The notes beneath the pieces were generated by a model. It saw only the letters and a list, made by a program, of their open reading frames with translations, had not been told where the DNA came from and did no database searches. A stretch of DNA of 64,000 nucleotides. Source: Nitrososphaerales archaeon. GTDB lineage: Archaea > Thermoproteota > Nitrososphaeria > Nitrososphaerales > Gagatemarchaeaceae. Both the position numbers and the translations under genes were made by a program. Positions within the stretch are counted from its first letter, which is position 1; each line of letters opens with the position of its first letter. The DNA lies in contig DATLRR010000017.1 in the NCBI GenBank assembly GCA_035534595.1, positions 24,172-88,171 of the forward strand, read 5' to 3'. Below, piece by piece: positions 16,512 to 25,683 of the stretch.

Positions 16512-17591
16512 TTAGGCGCTGGCCGCGTTGACAGAGAAGATCGGGGGGAGGCCGTCGGCGATCAGGCTCCACCTCCTGCCCCCGTTCCTGCTGAAGAGAA
16601 GCTGGCCCGTGCCAGTCCCGACGTAGACGCCGGAGGGGTCCTCCTCGTCGGTGTCCATCCCCTCCCTGTATACGTTGTAGAACGAGCGCTTGGGGAGGCC
16701 GGTCCCCATCGCGGACCAACTCTTCCCCTCGTCCTCGGAGGCCCACACGAGGAACCTCCCGTCGGGGGGGAGGCGCGCCGCACCAGACTCCTCAGGCGCC
16801 ACGTAGACCCTCTTGGGGTCGTTGAAGTCGACCGCGATTGGGAAGCCGAACCGCGACGGGAGGTTGCCGACGATCTCCTTCCACGTCTCCCCGTTGTCGT
16901 CGCTCCTGTATTCGCCGCAGTGGTTCTGCTGGTAGATGACGTCGGGGCGCGAGGGGTGGCGGACTAGATGGTGCGGGCACTGCCCGTATTCCGGGTACTT
17001 GTTGGGCATGAACTCGGCGAGGAGGTTGTCGTTCTTGAAGGACCATGACTCGCCGGCGTCTGTTGTCTTGAGTATCCCGACGGCAGAGATCGCGACGTGC
17101 ATAGTGTCGGGGTCTCTGGGGTCCACGAGTATCGAGTGAAGGCAGAGCCCCCCGGCGCCAGGGTTCCACTTCTTCCTTGTCTCGTGGTTGTAAAGGCCCT
17201 CGTTCAACGCCCAGGTCTGGCCGCCGTCCTCGCTCCTGAAGAGCGCTGCCGGGTCGACCCCGCAGTAGACGACCCCGGGCTCCTCCTCGACCCCTGGCTC
17301 TATGTGCCAGACCTGCTTCGCGCTCCAGTCGGAGCCCTTTGGGAACCGGGGCGGCTTCTTCCCCTCCTTCCACGTCCTTCCGAGGTCTCGGCTGACTGCG
17401 ATGGTGGGGCCTTTGATGAAATTGTCGACGGTCGCGAGCATCGTCTTGTTCCTCGGGTCAAGCGTCACGTGGTATATCGAAGTGCCCTTGAAGTGAGGGC
17501 CGGAGGACTTCCAAGTCCTTCTCCCGTCAAGCGACTCGAAGACGAAGACCCCCTTCTTCGTGCCCAGCATCACGAGGCTCCGCGCCTTCAC
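16512..17591 (-). CDS. BNR/Asp-box repeat beta-propeller protein (sialidase/Ycf48-like fold)
   Basis: Six S-x-D-x-G-x-[TS]-W boxes: SRDLGRTW, SEDGGQTW, TTDAGESW, SDDNGETW, SEDEGKSW, SRNGGRRW. GTG 17591 overlaps the upstream TGA; an alternative ATG lies at 17570. Confidence 0.8.
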   Translation of the reverse strand: MKARSLVMLGTKKGVFVFESLDGRRTWKSSGPHFKGTSIYHVTLDPRNKTMLATVDNFIKGPTIAVSRDLGRTWKEGKKPPRFPKGSDWSAKQVWHIEPGVEEEPGVVYCGVDPAALFRSEDGGQTWALNEGLYNHETRKKWNPGAGGLCLHSILVDPRDPDTMHVAISAVGILKTTDAGESWSFKNDNLLAEFMPNKYPEYGQCPHHLVRHPSRPDVIYQQNHCGEYRSDDNGETWKEIVGNLPSRFGFPIAVDFNDPKRVYVAPEESGAARLPPDGRFLVWASEDEGKSWSAMGTGLPKRSFYNVYREGMDTDEEDPSGVYVGTGTGQLLFSRNGGRRWSLIADGLPPIFSVNAASA

Positions 17592-17917
17592 CTTGCCAAA
17601 CCCCCTTCGGCTGACAACTCGCCTTTCCCTCCAGCTACCGAGGGGAGGATGTAGATAACGTCTCCATCCTTCGTCTTCGTCGACTCCCCTTCGAGGTCTC
17701 TGATGCTCTGTTCGTTGACGTAGATGTTGATGTAAGGCCTCGTCCGGTCGTGCTCGTCGAAGATCCTGTCTTTGATGTCCGGGAACCGAGCGTCGAGCTG
17801 AGCGATGACGTCAAGGATGTCCTTCGCGCCTTGTATCTCCAGCTCCACCGACCTGCCTGTGTAATCCTTCAGGTGACCAGCCACGTGTATCCTTATGGAC
17901 AACTCGCGCGCCCCCAC
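17588..17917 (-). CDS. MoaD/ThiS-family ubiquitin-like beta-grasp protein with a C-terminal extension past GG
   Basis: ...DGDVIYILPSVAGG is followed by KGELSAEGGLAR before the stop. Confidence 0.75.
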   Translation of the reverse strand: MGARELSIRIHVAGHLKDYTGRSVELEIQGAKDILDVIAQLDARFPDIKDRIFDEHDRTRPYINIYVNEQSIRDLEGESTKTKDGDVIYILPSVAGGKGELSAEGGLAR

Positions 17918-18039
17918 CCCAGTATCAAACCCCGGCTAGTAGCGCTTTCTGCCGCCCTGCGCCTCGGGAGCACTTCAGGGGCGGGGCTCGGCGGAATGTA
18001 ACCCTTATTTCACCATCTGCCGCGGCCTGAGCGATTCTC

Positions 18040-18798
18040 TTGCCGAAGGAAGCAGCCTCAGCCCCGTCGCCCTCCGACGAAGCCGCATGTTGGCTCTGCG
18101 GAAGGACCTCGAGCGAGATCAACTCGGCGCTCAGCGGGGACACCGAGGACGAGGTGAAGATCGCAAAGGATATCGCCGCGACCAAGGCCGCGAGGGAGGC
18201 GTTGGTCTCGAACTCCGCCAAGTGGAGGGAGGGCGTCCCCGACGCCCTCAAGGAGTTCGACCTCGCGTTCGTGCTCCAGAACGCCGACCAGTTCAAGTCG
18301 ATACACTTCCTCGGCGCCCTCATCGAGGAGGCCCGGAGCACCGTGAAGGAGCTCGACGAGGTCTCCTACTCGGTGAGGAAGGGCGCGGTCATCCGCGTGA
18401 GCGGGACGCCGATGGACGAGTCCCAGAGGGCGTCGATAGCGGAGAGGCTCAACGAGTTCGAGAAGAGGACGAACCGCAAGCTGAAGAGGGAGAAGGACCT
18501 CCACGACGTGGAGTACCAGAGGCTGGGGTACATCGCCAGGCTAAGCGGGATGATGCTCATCGACGGCATCGACTACCTCAAGGAGGCGGGCGGGTTCTAC
18601 TACGACCTCCAGCTCGACGCGATGGAGAGGGCGAGGGCTATCGCGGCCAAGAGGAGGCCGACCTGGAAGCTCCGGTCCGTGAAGTTCAAGGACTTTCCTA
18701 GGGACGTCTCGATCTGCACCGTCTGCGAGAGGCTCCTGAAGGAGTTCCGCCCGAGCGCCGAAGCCGTGCCGGCGCCGAAGCCCACCGTCCAAGCCTGA
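18040..18798 (+). CDS. hypothetical protein with N- and C-terminal CxxC pairs
   Basis: CWLCG sits near the N-terminus and CTVCE near the C-terminus, flanking a charged helical middle. Divergent from the Ubl gene. Confidence 0.65.
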   Translation: MPKEAASAPSPSDEAACWLCGRTSSEINSALSGDTEDEVKIAKDIAATKAAREALVSNSAKWREGVPDALKEFDLAFVLQNADQFKSIHFLGALIEEARSTVKELDEVSYSVRKGAVIRVSGTPMDESQRASIAERLNEFEKRTNRKLKREKDLHDVEYQRLGYIARLSGMMLIDGIDYLKEAGGFYYDLQLDAMERARAIAAKRRPTWKLRSVKFKDFPRDVSICTVCERLLKEFRPSAEAVPAPKPTVQA

Positions 18799-18808
18799 CT
18801 CCTTGGAA

Positions 18809-21331
18809 TCAGGAGGGCGCGGCCGCGGGTTCCTGGTAGAGCTCCCTAGACCTCTTCAAGACCGAGGCCGGGTTGTACCAGTTCCACCGCCCCAGGAAGG
18901 ACATCACCGCGGGGACGAGGTAGGTGCGGACGAAGAGGGCGTCCACCAGGATGGAGAACGAGAAGGCGAAGCCTATCTGCTTGAGGAGCAGGTCGCCCGA
19001 AAGCATGAGCGCACCTAGGGAGCCTGCGAGGATGACCGCCGCCGCGGAGATCACCCCTCCCGTGTTCTCGATGGCCCTGATGACCGCCTCGTCCCTGTCG
19101 TTGTCCTTGCGGCTCTCCTCGCGGACCCTCGTGAGGATGAAGATGTTGTAGTCCATCCCCAGCCCGAGGAGCGTGACGAATAGGAAGAGTGGCGTGATGA
19201 AGAGGAGGTCGTAGTTGTAGAAGTGCTTGAAGACGACCTCCGTCAGGGCGAGCGTCCAGATGATGCTCATCAGCACGGAGATGAGCGCGAAGATCGGCAG
19301 GACGAGCGAGTCGAGGACTATGAAGAGGACAAGAGCGACGCCCACCGCGACGAGCGGGACGACGAGGTTGAACTGGGCAGTGGCGACCTGCCTCGTGTCG
19401 ACGATTCCGCCCGATGCCCCTCCCAGGAGGACCTGGGCGACGTCGGGCTTGGCGTCGTAGTTGGCGTGGAGGTAGTTCCGGATCCCCTGGGCGTCGTCCA
19501 GGGCCTTCGTCGAAGAGGGGTCGATCCTGAAGGTCAGCGTGATAAGGGCGGTCTTGTTGTCCCTCCCGATGGTCTGGAGCATCGCCGTCCTGGTCTGCGC
19601 GTCCAGCGCGTTGCTCGGATGCGCTATCGCCGCGGAGGAATACGCGACCGCATGGCCGAAGGGCATCGTCGGGCCGGTGACGTTGGCGATGTCCGGATTG
19701 GAAGCCAGGTAGCTGGACATGTTCTCAATCACCCCCATCTCGTAGGCGTCGAACGCGCTCCCGTTCCAGAGGGTCTGGGCGAACGAGACTACCACGTAGG
19801 ATGGGTTGAGCCTCCCTCCGCCGAACCCCGACGTCAGGTGGTTCGAGGCGCTCACGGACTCCAGGTTGCTGGGGGCCCCCGCGAGGAAGTCGTACGTCGG
19901 GGTGGTACCAAGGTAGACGTAGAGCGCCGGGAGCGAGACGAGGAGGGCCACCACCATGAGGGGCTTCGCATGCTTCACCGAGAAGGTGCCGCTCTTCGAG
20001 AAGTAGCCTGACCTCCTCTCGAGCCTCGAGAGGACTCCCTTCGAGTGCGCCGCGAACCTCTTCCCGGCCGTGGGCCAGAAGATGGACTCCGAGAGCATTG
20101 CGACGACCGACGGCACGAGGGTCAGGGCGACGAGGAGCGCGACCAGGACCCCGAGCCCCACGACGACTCCCATAGTCTTGAGAAAGGTCACCGATGTGAA
20201 GGTCAGAGATAGGAACGAGATTATCACCGTCGCGCCGCTGGTGGCGATGCTCTCGCCCGCCCAGGTGACCGACGTGACTATCGCTTCCTTTGCGGGGAGA
20301 CCCTTTACCCGCTCCTCCCTGTACCGGGAGATGATGAAGACGCTATAGTCGGTCCCCACCCCTATGACGATGGTGAGGAGGATGGTCGGGATGGTGAAGT
20401 CGACCTTGGCGATGAACGTGCCAGCCAGGACGACGAAGACCTGCGATATCCCGAGCGCGACGCCGATGCTCGTGAGCGCCACGAAGGGCGTCACGACTGA
20501 CCTGAAGAAGAGCCCCGTGGCGACGATGAGCAGGGCTATTGTCACGGGAAGGATGACCCCCAGGTCGCTCGTCGTCGAGCCGCCAAAGTCGTGCGAGATG
20601 GCGTCTCCGCCCGTGACCTGGACCGCCGAGATGCCCGATGCGGATGACGGACTTCCCGTCAGACCGTTCGAGAGGCCCATCCCGGATATGATGGAGCGGA
20701 TCGCTAGGACGTTGTCCGTCGACGACACGTTCTCGTTCACCGCGACGAGGGTGGTGTTGGCGTTGGGCGAGACGAAGGAGGAGATCACGGAGTCGAGCCG
20801 CGGGCCTAGAGAGAAGCGCGAGGGCTTCCAAGCGACGCCCCCGGCCAGGGACTCGAGCTGGGTCTGGTTCAGGAGCCGGTGCGCGAGCCCGCTCGTGCTG
20901 TTCAAGACCGGATACAGCACCGAGTAGACGCTCGTCACGCTCTGGACGCCGGTGAGGTTCTTGTCCGACTTTATCTGAGAGACGAGGGTGTTGATGGTGT
21001 CTTGGACCGCGGGCGTCGTGATGTTCTTCCCCGTCACCACTATGATCAGGCTGTTGCTGGGGACCGTGCTCCCGAACTGCGCCTGGATGATGTTGGAGGC
21101 CCGTACTGACTCGAGGTTGTTGCCCGATGTCCCCCCTTGAGATAGCGAGAGGGCGTTCCCTTCGTTGAGCACCGCGGGGATCACGGCCACCAGCGCGATG
21201 ACCCACAGGACGACCACGATCCTGTGCTTCCTGACGACGAGCTCTCCGAGTCTCGAGAAGACGGTGCCCTTTGATTTCTTGCTCTTAGCCCCGTTTGGAG
21301 CCTTGACCGTGGACACTTTTAGACCCGTCAC
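18809..21331 (-). CDS. MMPL-family (RND superfamily) membrane transporter
   Basis: 840 aa with two 6-TM bundles (GTDYSVFIISRYREE and GMDYNIFILTRVREE) and large extracytoplasmic loops. Confidence 0.85.
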   Translation of the reverse strand: MTGLKVSTVKAPNGAKSKKSKGTVFSRLGELVVRKHRIVVVLWVIALVAVIPAVLNEGNALSLSQGGTSGNNLESVRASNIIQAQFGSTVPSNSLIIVVTGKNITTPAVQDTINTLVSQIKSDKNLTGVQSVTSVYSVLYPVLNSTSGLAHRLLNQTQLESLAGGVAWKPSRFSLGPRLDSVISSFVSPNANTTLVAVNENVSSTDNVLAIRSIISGMGLSNGLTGSPSSASGISAVQVTGGDAISHDFGGSTTSDLGVILPVTIALLIVATGLFFRSVVTPFVALTSIGVALGISQVFVVLAGTFIAKVDFTIPTILLTIVIGVGTDYSVFIISRYREERVKGLPAKEAIVTSVTWAGESIATSGATVIISFLSLTFTSVTFLKTMGVVVGLGVLVALLVALTLVPSVVAMLSESIFWPTAGKRFAAHSKGVLSRLERRSGYFSKSGTFSVKHAKPLMVVALLVSLPALYVYLGTTPTYDFLAGAPSNLESVSASNHLTSGFGGGRLNPSYVVVSFAQTLWNGSAFDAYEMGVIENMSSYLASNPDIANVTGPTMPFGHAVAYSSAAIAHPSNALDAQTRTAMLQTIGRDNKTALITLTFRIDPSSTKALDDAQGIRNYLHANYDAKPDVAQVLLGGASGGIVDTRQVATAQFNLVVPLVAVGVALVLFIVLDSLVLPIFALISVLMSIIWTLALTEVVFKHFYNYDLLFITPLFLFVTLLGLGMDYNIFILTRVREESRKDNDRDEAVIRAIENTGGVISAAAVILAGSLGALMLSGDLLLKQIGFAFSFSILVDALFVRTYLVPAVMSFLGRWNWYNPASVLKRSRELYQEPAAAPS

Positions 21332-21436
21332 CTCGCGTGACGACGCCGCGCCTTCAAGGGGTTCTTAAGTCTAGATGGAGATTGGATCCGAATTCCGCTG
21401 GTCTCGGGACCAGTACTGGCAAGGTTCAGGGGGATA

Positions 21437-21601
21437 ATGAAGCTGGACGCCGTCGTCGGCCTGGTGTACGTCGTGTCAGCGCTGCCTATCTTCTGGGTCG
21501 ACACGCCGATTGGGGACCCGAGATTCTATCTCTGGTCCACGTCGTTCCTGTTCCTTACGAGGCGCGTGTACCAGAAGAAATCTACGAGCACGGCCAGCTG
21601 A
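21437..21601 (+). CDS. hypothetical 54-aa membrane peptide
   Basis: My translation is MKLDAVVGLVYVVSALPIFWVDTPIGDPRFYLWSTSFLFLTRRVYQKK.... It is preceded by GGGGGATA and is below the track length cut-off. Confidence 0.3.
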   Translation: MKLDAVVGLVYVVSALPIFWVDTPIGDPRFYLWSTSFLFLTRRVYQKKSTSTAS

Positions 21602-21851
21602 GCGATTGGCTGGGCGCTAACTTCCGCGGCGCGCGGCGTAATTGGCCTTTAGCTCGAGGCCTAGCACATCGACATAGAAGCTGATGGTCTTCTTCATGTC
21701 GGTCACCATTATGGTGACATTCGCTTCTTAGATCTTCATCTTTCGAAGGGGACGCCTTCGAGTGGGTAAGAGCGACGCTACCTTCGACACGGGCCTCAGG
21801 TTAACGATTGACCCGCGTGGGCGCACGCGCCTGTGTAACTGACTTTCGTAG

Positions 21852-22127
21852 GTGTCGATACCAGAACAGTCAGAGGAAAGGCTTAAATGGCAAAAGTTCG
21901 TCTGTTTACGAAAACTGAGGAATATGAATTCAGAGGATGAGGAGCAGAATCTAAGGCACGATGTGAACTATCTCCGGTTCCTGCTCGAGTCCGGCCTAAG
22001 CGAGGAGGAGATCAAGGAGATTGCCAAGGACAAGAACCCCAAGCTGGAGGTATGCTTCAACGAGGAAGCCTGCATCACCCAGTCCAAGACGCTCGAGCGC
22101 GGCAAGTACATAGTGCTGATCAGCTAG
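21852..22127 (+). CDS. hypothetical acidic small protein
   Basis: GTG 21852 or ATG 21924 (MNSEDEEQNLRHDVNYLRFLLESGLSEEEIKEIAK...). It lies in an AT-rich gap. Confidence 0.3.
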   Translation: MSIPEQSEERLKWQKFVCLRKLRNMNSEDEEQNLRHDVNYLRFLLESGLSEEEIKEIAKDKNPKLEVCFNEEACITQSKTLERGKYIVLIS

Positions 22128-22199
22128 CAATCTCGGGAGAGGCGCGGCTGCGCATCGGCTTGATAGTCCAACTATCGCTTTCGTTGGTTGTACGTCGAC

Positions 22200-23273
22200 C
22201 TATCGAGAATTCGGGATGTAGAAGGACTCAATTCCCCTATAGCGGAACCTCGTCGCCCTCTTTCCCTCGATTGGGATCTTGTGGCCGCACGTCTTGCACT
22301 TGTAGTTTGCATCCAGGTTCCAACCGGTTATCATGAACCCATGCCTCTCGATGACCGCTTCGTGGCAACCCGGGCAGTACGTGTGCTCCTGGGGGCTGCC
22401 GGGCACGTTGCCGATGTAGGCGTAGTTCAGCCCTGCCTTTGTGGCGATCTCGTGGTGCTTAACGAGCAGCTCGTAAGGGGTTGACGGGACATCGAGCATC
22501 TTGTAGTCGGGGTGGAATCTGGTGAACTGGATGGGCACGTCGGGGCCCAGGTTGTCGTAGAGCCAGTTGCAGAGCCTCTTCGCCGCGTCGAGGTCTTCCC
22601 CTACCTGTGGGATTATCAGGTCGGTCAGCTCGGTGTGTATCTTCTGGGCCTTGAGCTCTAGAAGGGTCTCCTTGATTGGCTCGGCGCTGACGGTCATAGT
22701 CTGCCGCCTCTGGAAGAGCTCCTCCCCGCTCCCCTTGTAGTCGACCACGACCGCGTCCACGTATCCCTTGATGGCCCGGACGGCCTCGGGTGTCCCGTAG
22801 CCGTTTGTGACGAAGACGGTGTACTTGCCCATCTTGTGGGCCTCCCTCGCTGCGTCGATGACGAACTCGACGAATATGGTCGGCTCGTTGTAGCTGAATC
22901 CCACGCCCTCGCAATCGTTTTCATCTGCGAGCTTCGGGACCCGCTCTGGCGAGACGTCCTCACCGTATACGTCGCTCTCCTTGCTGATAGCGTGGTTCTG
23001 GCAAAATTGGCAGTTCCAATTACAGGAAATTGTCCCCACAGTGAAGACGTGGGTGCCTGGATGGAAGTGGTTGAATGGCTTCTTCTCGATTGGGTCGACC
23101 TGCATGGCCGCGAGCTTGCCGTAGGACGAGAGGTAGAGCTTCCCGCCGACGTTCTTCCTGACGTAGCAGAAGCCGTGGGAGCCCTCCGGTATCGAGCACC
23201 TCCGGTTGCAGGCGTAGCACACTATCCTGCCGTCCGCGGCAGGACGCCATAGGATCCCTTCCTTGTCTACCAT
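22200..23273 (-). CDS. AmmeMemoRadiSam system radical SAM enzyme
   Basis: CNWNCQFCQN (CxxxCxxC) and the N-terminal CYACNRRC. ATG 23273 lies inside track ORF 22200..23390. Confidence 0.85.
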   Translation of the reverse strand: MVDKEGILWRPAADGRIVCYACNRRCSIPEGSHGFCYVRKNVGGKLYLSSYGKLAAMQVDPIEKKPFNHFHPGTHVFTVGTISCNWNCQFCQNHAISKESDVYGEDVSPERVPKLADENDCEGVGFSYNEPTIFVEFVIDAAREAHKMGKYTVFVTNGYGTPEAVRAIKGYVDAVVVDYKGSGEELFQRRQTMTVSAEPIKETLLELKAQKIHTELTDLIIPQVGEDLDAAKRLCNWLYDNLGPDVPIQFTRFHPDYKMLDVPSTPYELLVKHHEIATKAGLNYAYIGNVPGSPQEHTYCPGCHEAVIERHGFMITGWNLDANYKCKTCGHKIPIEGKRATRFRYRGIESFYIPNSR

Positions 23274-23343
23274 GTCAGATTGTCCGTGTCCGTCGAGTTC
23301 GAAACGGCCGCCCGCCCCTATAAGGGATGTCCCTGAAGAGGCT

Positions 23344-24207
23344 TCAGCCCTCGAGGAAGGAGACCGACGGGTATCCCACCACAGCGTCATTCTCGCCAGT
23401 GACGTCTCCGCTCGTGGCGTACGCGTTCACCCTCCCCTTCTCGTACCCGAGGAGCTTGCAGGCCTCCATCGCGGTCGCGATGGCGCCGTAGCCGCAGGCG
23501 GTGATATTCCTCCTCTCCAGAGCAGTGTAGAACGCGTCGACGTCCAGCGACTGGACGTGCTTCAGGAGCATGGTGTCCTTCTCCTTCGCCTGCGAGGCGG
23601 GCTCGTAGTGCGTGAGGTCCGAGGAGGCGATGAGGACGGCGCTCGCGTCCACCTCGGCCGCCTCCTTGAGCAGCTCGGCGAGCCCCTTCCCGAGGTCTCG
23701 CGCGACTGCCTTCTCCTGGAAGGCGAGCGAGATCGGCAGGAAACTGAAGGACTCTCCGTAGAGATATTGGAGGAAAGGAAGCTGAACCTCGATCGAGTGC
23801 TCCCTTCTGTGAGCCTCCGGGTCGACGTCCACGAATCCGGTCAGCTCGACAATCCTCTTCGATGCGTCCGCGTCCACCTTGACCTTCCCCAGGGGGGTCT
23901 CCCACTCTCCTTCTCCGTAGGTGGCGACCCCGCTCCCCAGTCCGTAGTGGTTGGGCCCTACGATGACGACGAGCTCGGGGCTGCGGAGCTGGGCGACGTC
24001 CAGATAGCTGTGCGCGGCCACAGGACCAGAGTAGGCGTAGCCGGCGTGCGGACAGACGCACGCCTTCAGTCCCTCCTCCGCGATGCCCAAGGACGGGAGC
24101 TTCCCCGGGCCCAGCCTGTGGAGGTATGAGCCCTCGATCGCCGCCCTCAGGTCGGCCTCGCAGCTCGGGTAGAAGCTCCCAGCGACAGCAGCCCTTCTCA
24201 CCGTCAT
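23344..24207 (-). CDS. AmmeMemoRadiSam system protein B (MEMO1 family)
   Basis: RRAAVAGSFYP...CPHAGYAYSG...LIASSDLTHY. Confidence 0.85.
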   Translation of the reverse strand: MTVRRAAVAGSFYPSCEADLRAAIEGSYLHRLGPGKLPSLGIAEEGLKACVCPHAGYAYSGPVAAHSYLDVAQLRSPELVVIVGPNHYGLGSGVATYGEGEWETPLGKVKVDADASKRIVELTGFVDVDPEAHRREHSIEVQLPFLQYLYGESFSFLPISLAFQEKAVARDLGKGLAELLKEAAEVDASAVLIASSDLTHYEPASQAKEKDTMLLKHVQSLDVDAFYTALERRNITACGYGAIATAMEACKLLGYEKGRVNAYATSGDVTGENDAVVGYPSVSFLEG

Positions 24208-24321
24208 CCTCTTGGGATGAGAGGCTCACGGGATTTAAGGAGTGACGCGGGAGCAAATCGACGGACCTGGGCAAAAGGATTTATCGGCTGGTCGGTTGCG
24301 CTGCCCGACAGGTCGAACAGT

Positions 24322-24945
24322 GTGGGGCTTTCGCTAGAGCAAGGGACGCATCTAGTCACCATCGCGAGGACGACCGTAGAGACTGTCGCAGCCGAGGGGA
24401 GGGCACCCAGGGAGGACGAGATCCCCTCGTGGCCAGAGGGCGACGACGATTTCTTGCGGAGCCACAGGGGCGTGTTCGTGACCCTGACGGACTCGGCGGG
24501 CGCGCTGAGGGGCTGCATCGGGCTCCCCTATCCGGTCAAGCCGCTCAGGGAGGCCGTCGTCCACGCGGCCGTGGGCGCGGCGTCGCACGACCCCAGGTTC
24601 CCGAGGGTGAGGTCCTCCGAGTTGGCCTCGCTCAGGGTCGAGGTGAGCGCCCTGACGGAACCGGAGGCGATAGAGTGCAACGCCATCGACCTGCCCGACA
24701 ACGTGAGGGTGGGGACGGACGGGCTCATCGTCTCCGGGTTGGGACGGAGCGGGCTGCTGCTGCCCCAGGTCGCAACCGAGATGGGGCTCACCCCAGACGA
24801 CTTTCTCTCGCTTACGTGCGAAAAGGCGGGTCTGCTCCCCGACGCCTGGCTGACGCCCGACGTCCAGGTGCGGCGGTTCCAGGCCGAGGTCTTCGCGGAG
24901 GCGACGCCCCGCGGGGTCGTCGGGGAGCTCAAGGCGCACCTCTAG
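24322..24945 (+). CDS. AmmeMemoRadiSam system protein A (AMMECR1 domain)
   Basis: GVFVTL...LRGCIG...AASHDPRFPRV. GTG 24322 is the likely start within track ORF 24217..24945. Confidence 0.8.
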   Translation: MGLSLEQGTHLVTIARTTVETVAAEGRAPREDEIPSWPEGDDDFLRSHRGVFVTLTDSAGALRGCIGLPYPVKPLREAVVHAAVGAASHDPRFPRVRSSELASLRVEVSALTEPEAIECNAIDLPDNVRVGTDGLIVSGLGRSGLLLPQVATEMGLTPDDFLSLTCEKAGLLPDAWLTPDVQVRRFQAEVFAEATPRGVVGELKAHL

Positions 24946-25068
24946 CGCCCTGGCGGAGGGGCGAGCGATTCGAGCACCCGGTCGTCGGTCTACAGGAGGA
25001 GGCATACCCCCGTCGACTTCCTGCTCGCGTTCCTCTTCCTCATCATCGTCGCGTTCATCTTCTTCTTC

Positions 25069-25671
25069 GTGACCGAGGTCGCCTTCGAGAAGGCCGGGTT
25101 CACGCGCCTGCAGTTCCTCTGGATACTCGGGGTGGCGCTCCTCGGGAGCTACGTCGACATCCCCGTATGGCGGCTCAAGAACGTGAGGCCGACCGTCGTG
25201 GTGCGGGAGGTGAGGGTGTTCTGGATAACCTACAGGATCCCCCAGTATGCGCTGACCGAGGTCACTACGACGATCGCCCTCAACGTCGGGGGCGGGATGG
25301 TCCCGCTGGTCGTCGCCGCCATCCTCCTCGACGCGCACCCGGGCATCTGGCTCGGCGCCCTGGTCGCGACCTCCCTGACTGCTGTGGCCGTACACGCTGT
25401 CGCCAAGTACGTCGCGGGGGTCGGGATAGTCGCGCCGACCCTCCTGCCACCCGCGGCGGCGGTCGTCTTCTCCCTCCCGTTCGGCATGAGCTACCTCGCG
25501 ATCACCGCGTACATCGCCGGCACCCTCGGCACCCTGATAGGGGCCGACCTCTCGAACCTGGGAAAGATAGGCGAGGGAGGGACCCACGTGGCGAGCATAG
25601 GAGGCGCTGGGAAGTTCGACGGCATATTCCTCACCGGCATCGTGGCGGTCCTGGTTGCATCCCTGATCTGA
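25069..25671 (+). CDS. DUF1614-like polytopic membrane protein (true start probably upstream, unresolved)
   Basis: NVGGGMVPL and SIGGAGKFDGIFLTG. The in-frame hydrophobic helix VDFLLAFLFLIIVAFIFFF (25012..25068) has no ATG/GTG/TTG start. Confidence 0.75.
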   Translation: MTEVAFEKAGFTRLQFLWILGVALLGSYVDIPVWRLKNVRPTVVVREVRVFWITYRIPQYALTEVTTTIALNVGGGMVPLVVAAILLDAHPGIWLGALVATSLTAVAVHAVAKYVAGVGIVAPTLLPPAAAVVFSLPFGMSYLAITAYIAGTLGTLIGADLSNLGKIGEGGTHVASIGGAGKFDGIFLTGIVAVLVASLI

Positions 25672-25683
25672 GGCGGGCTTTCG

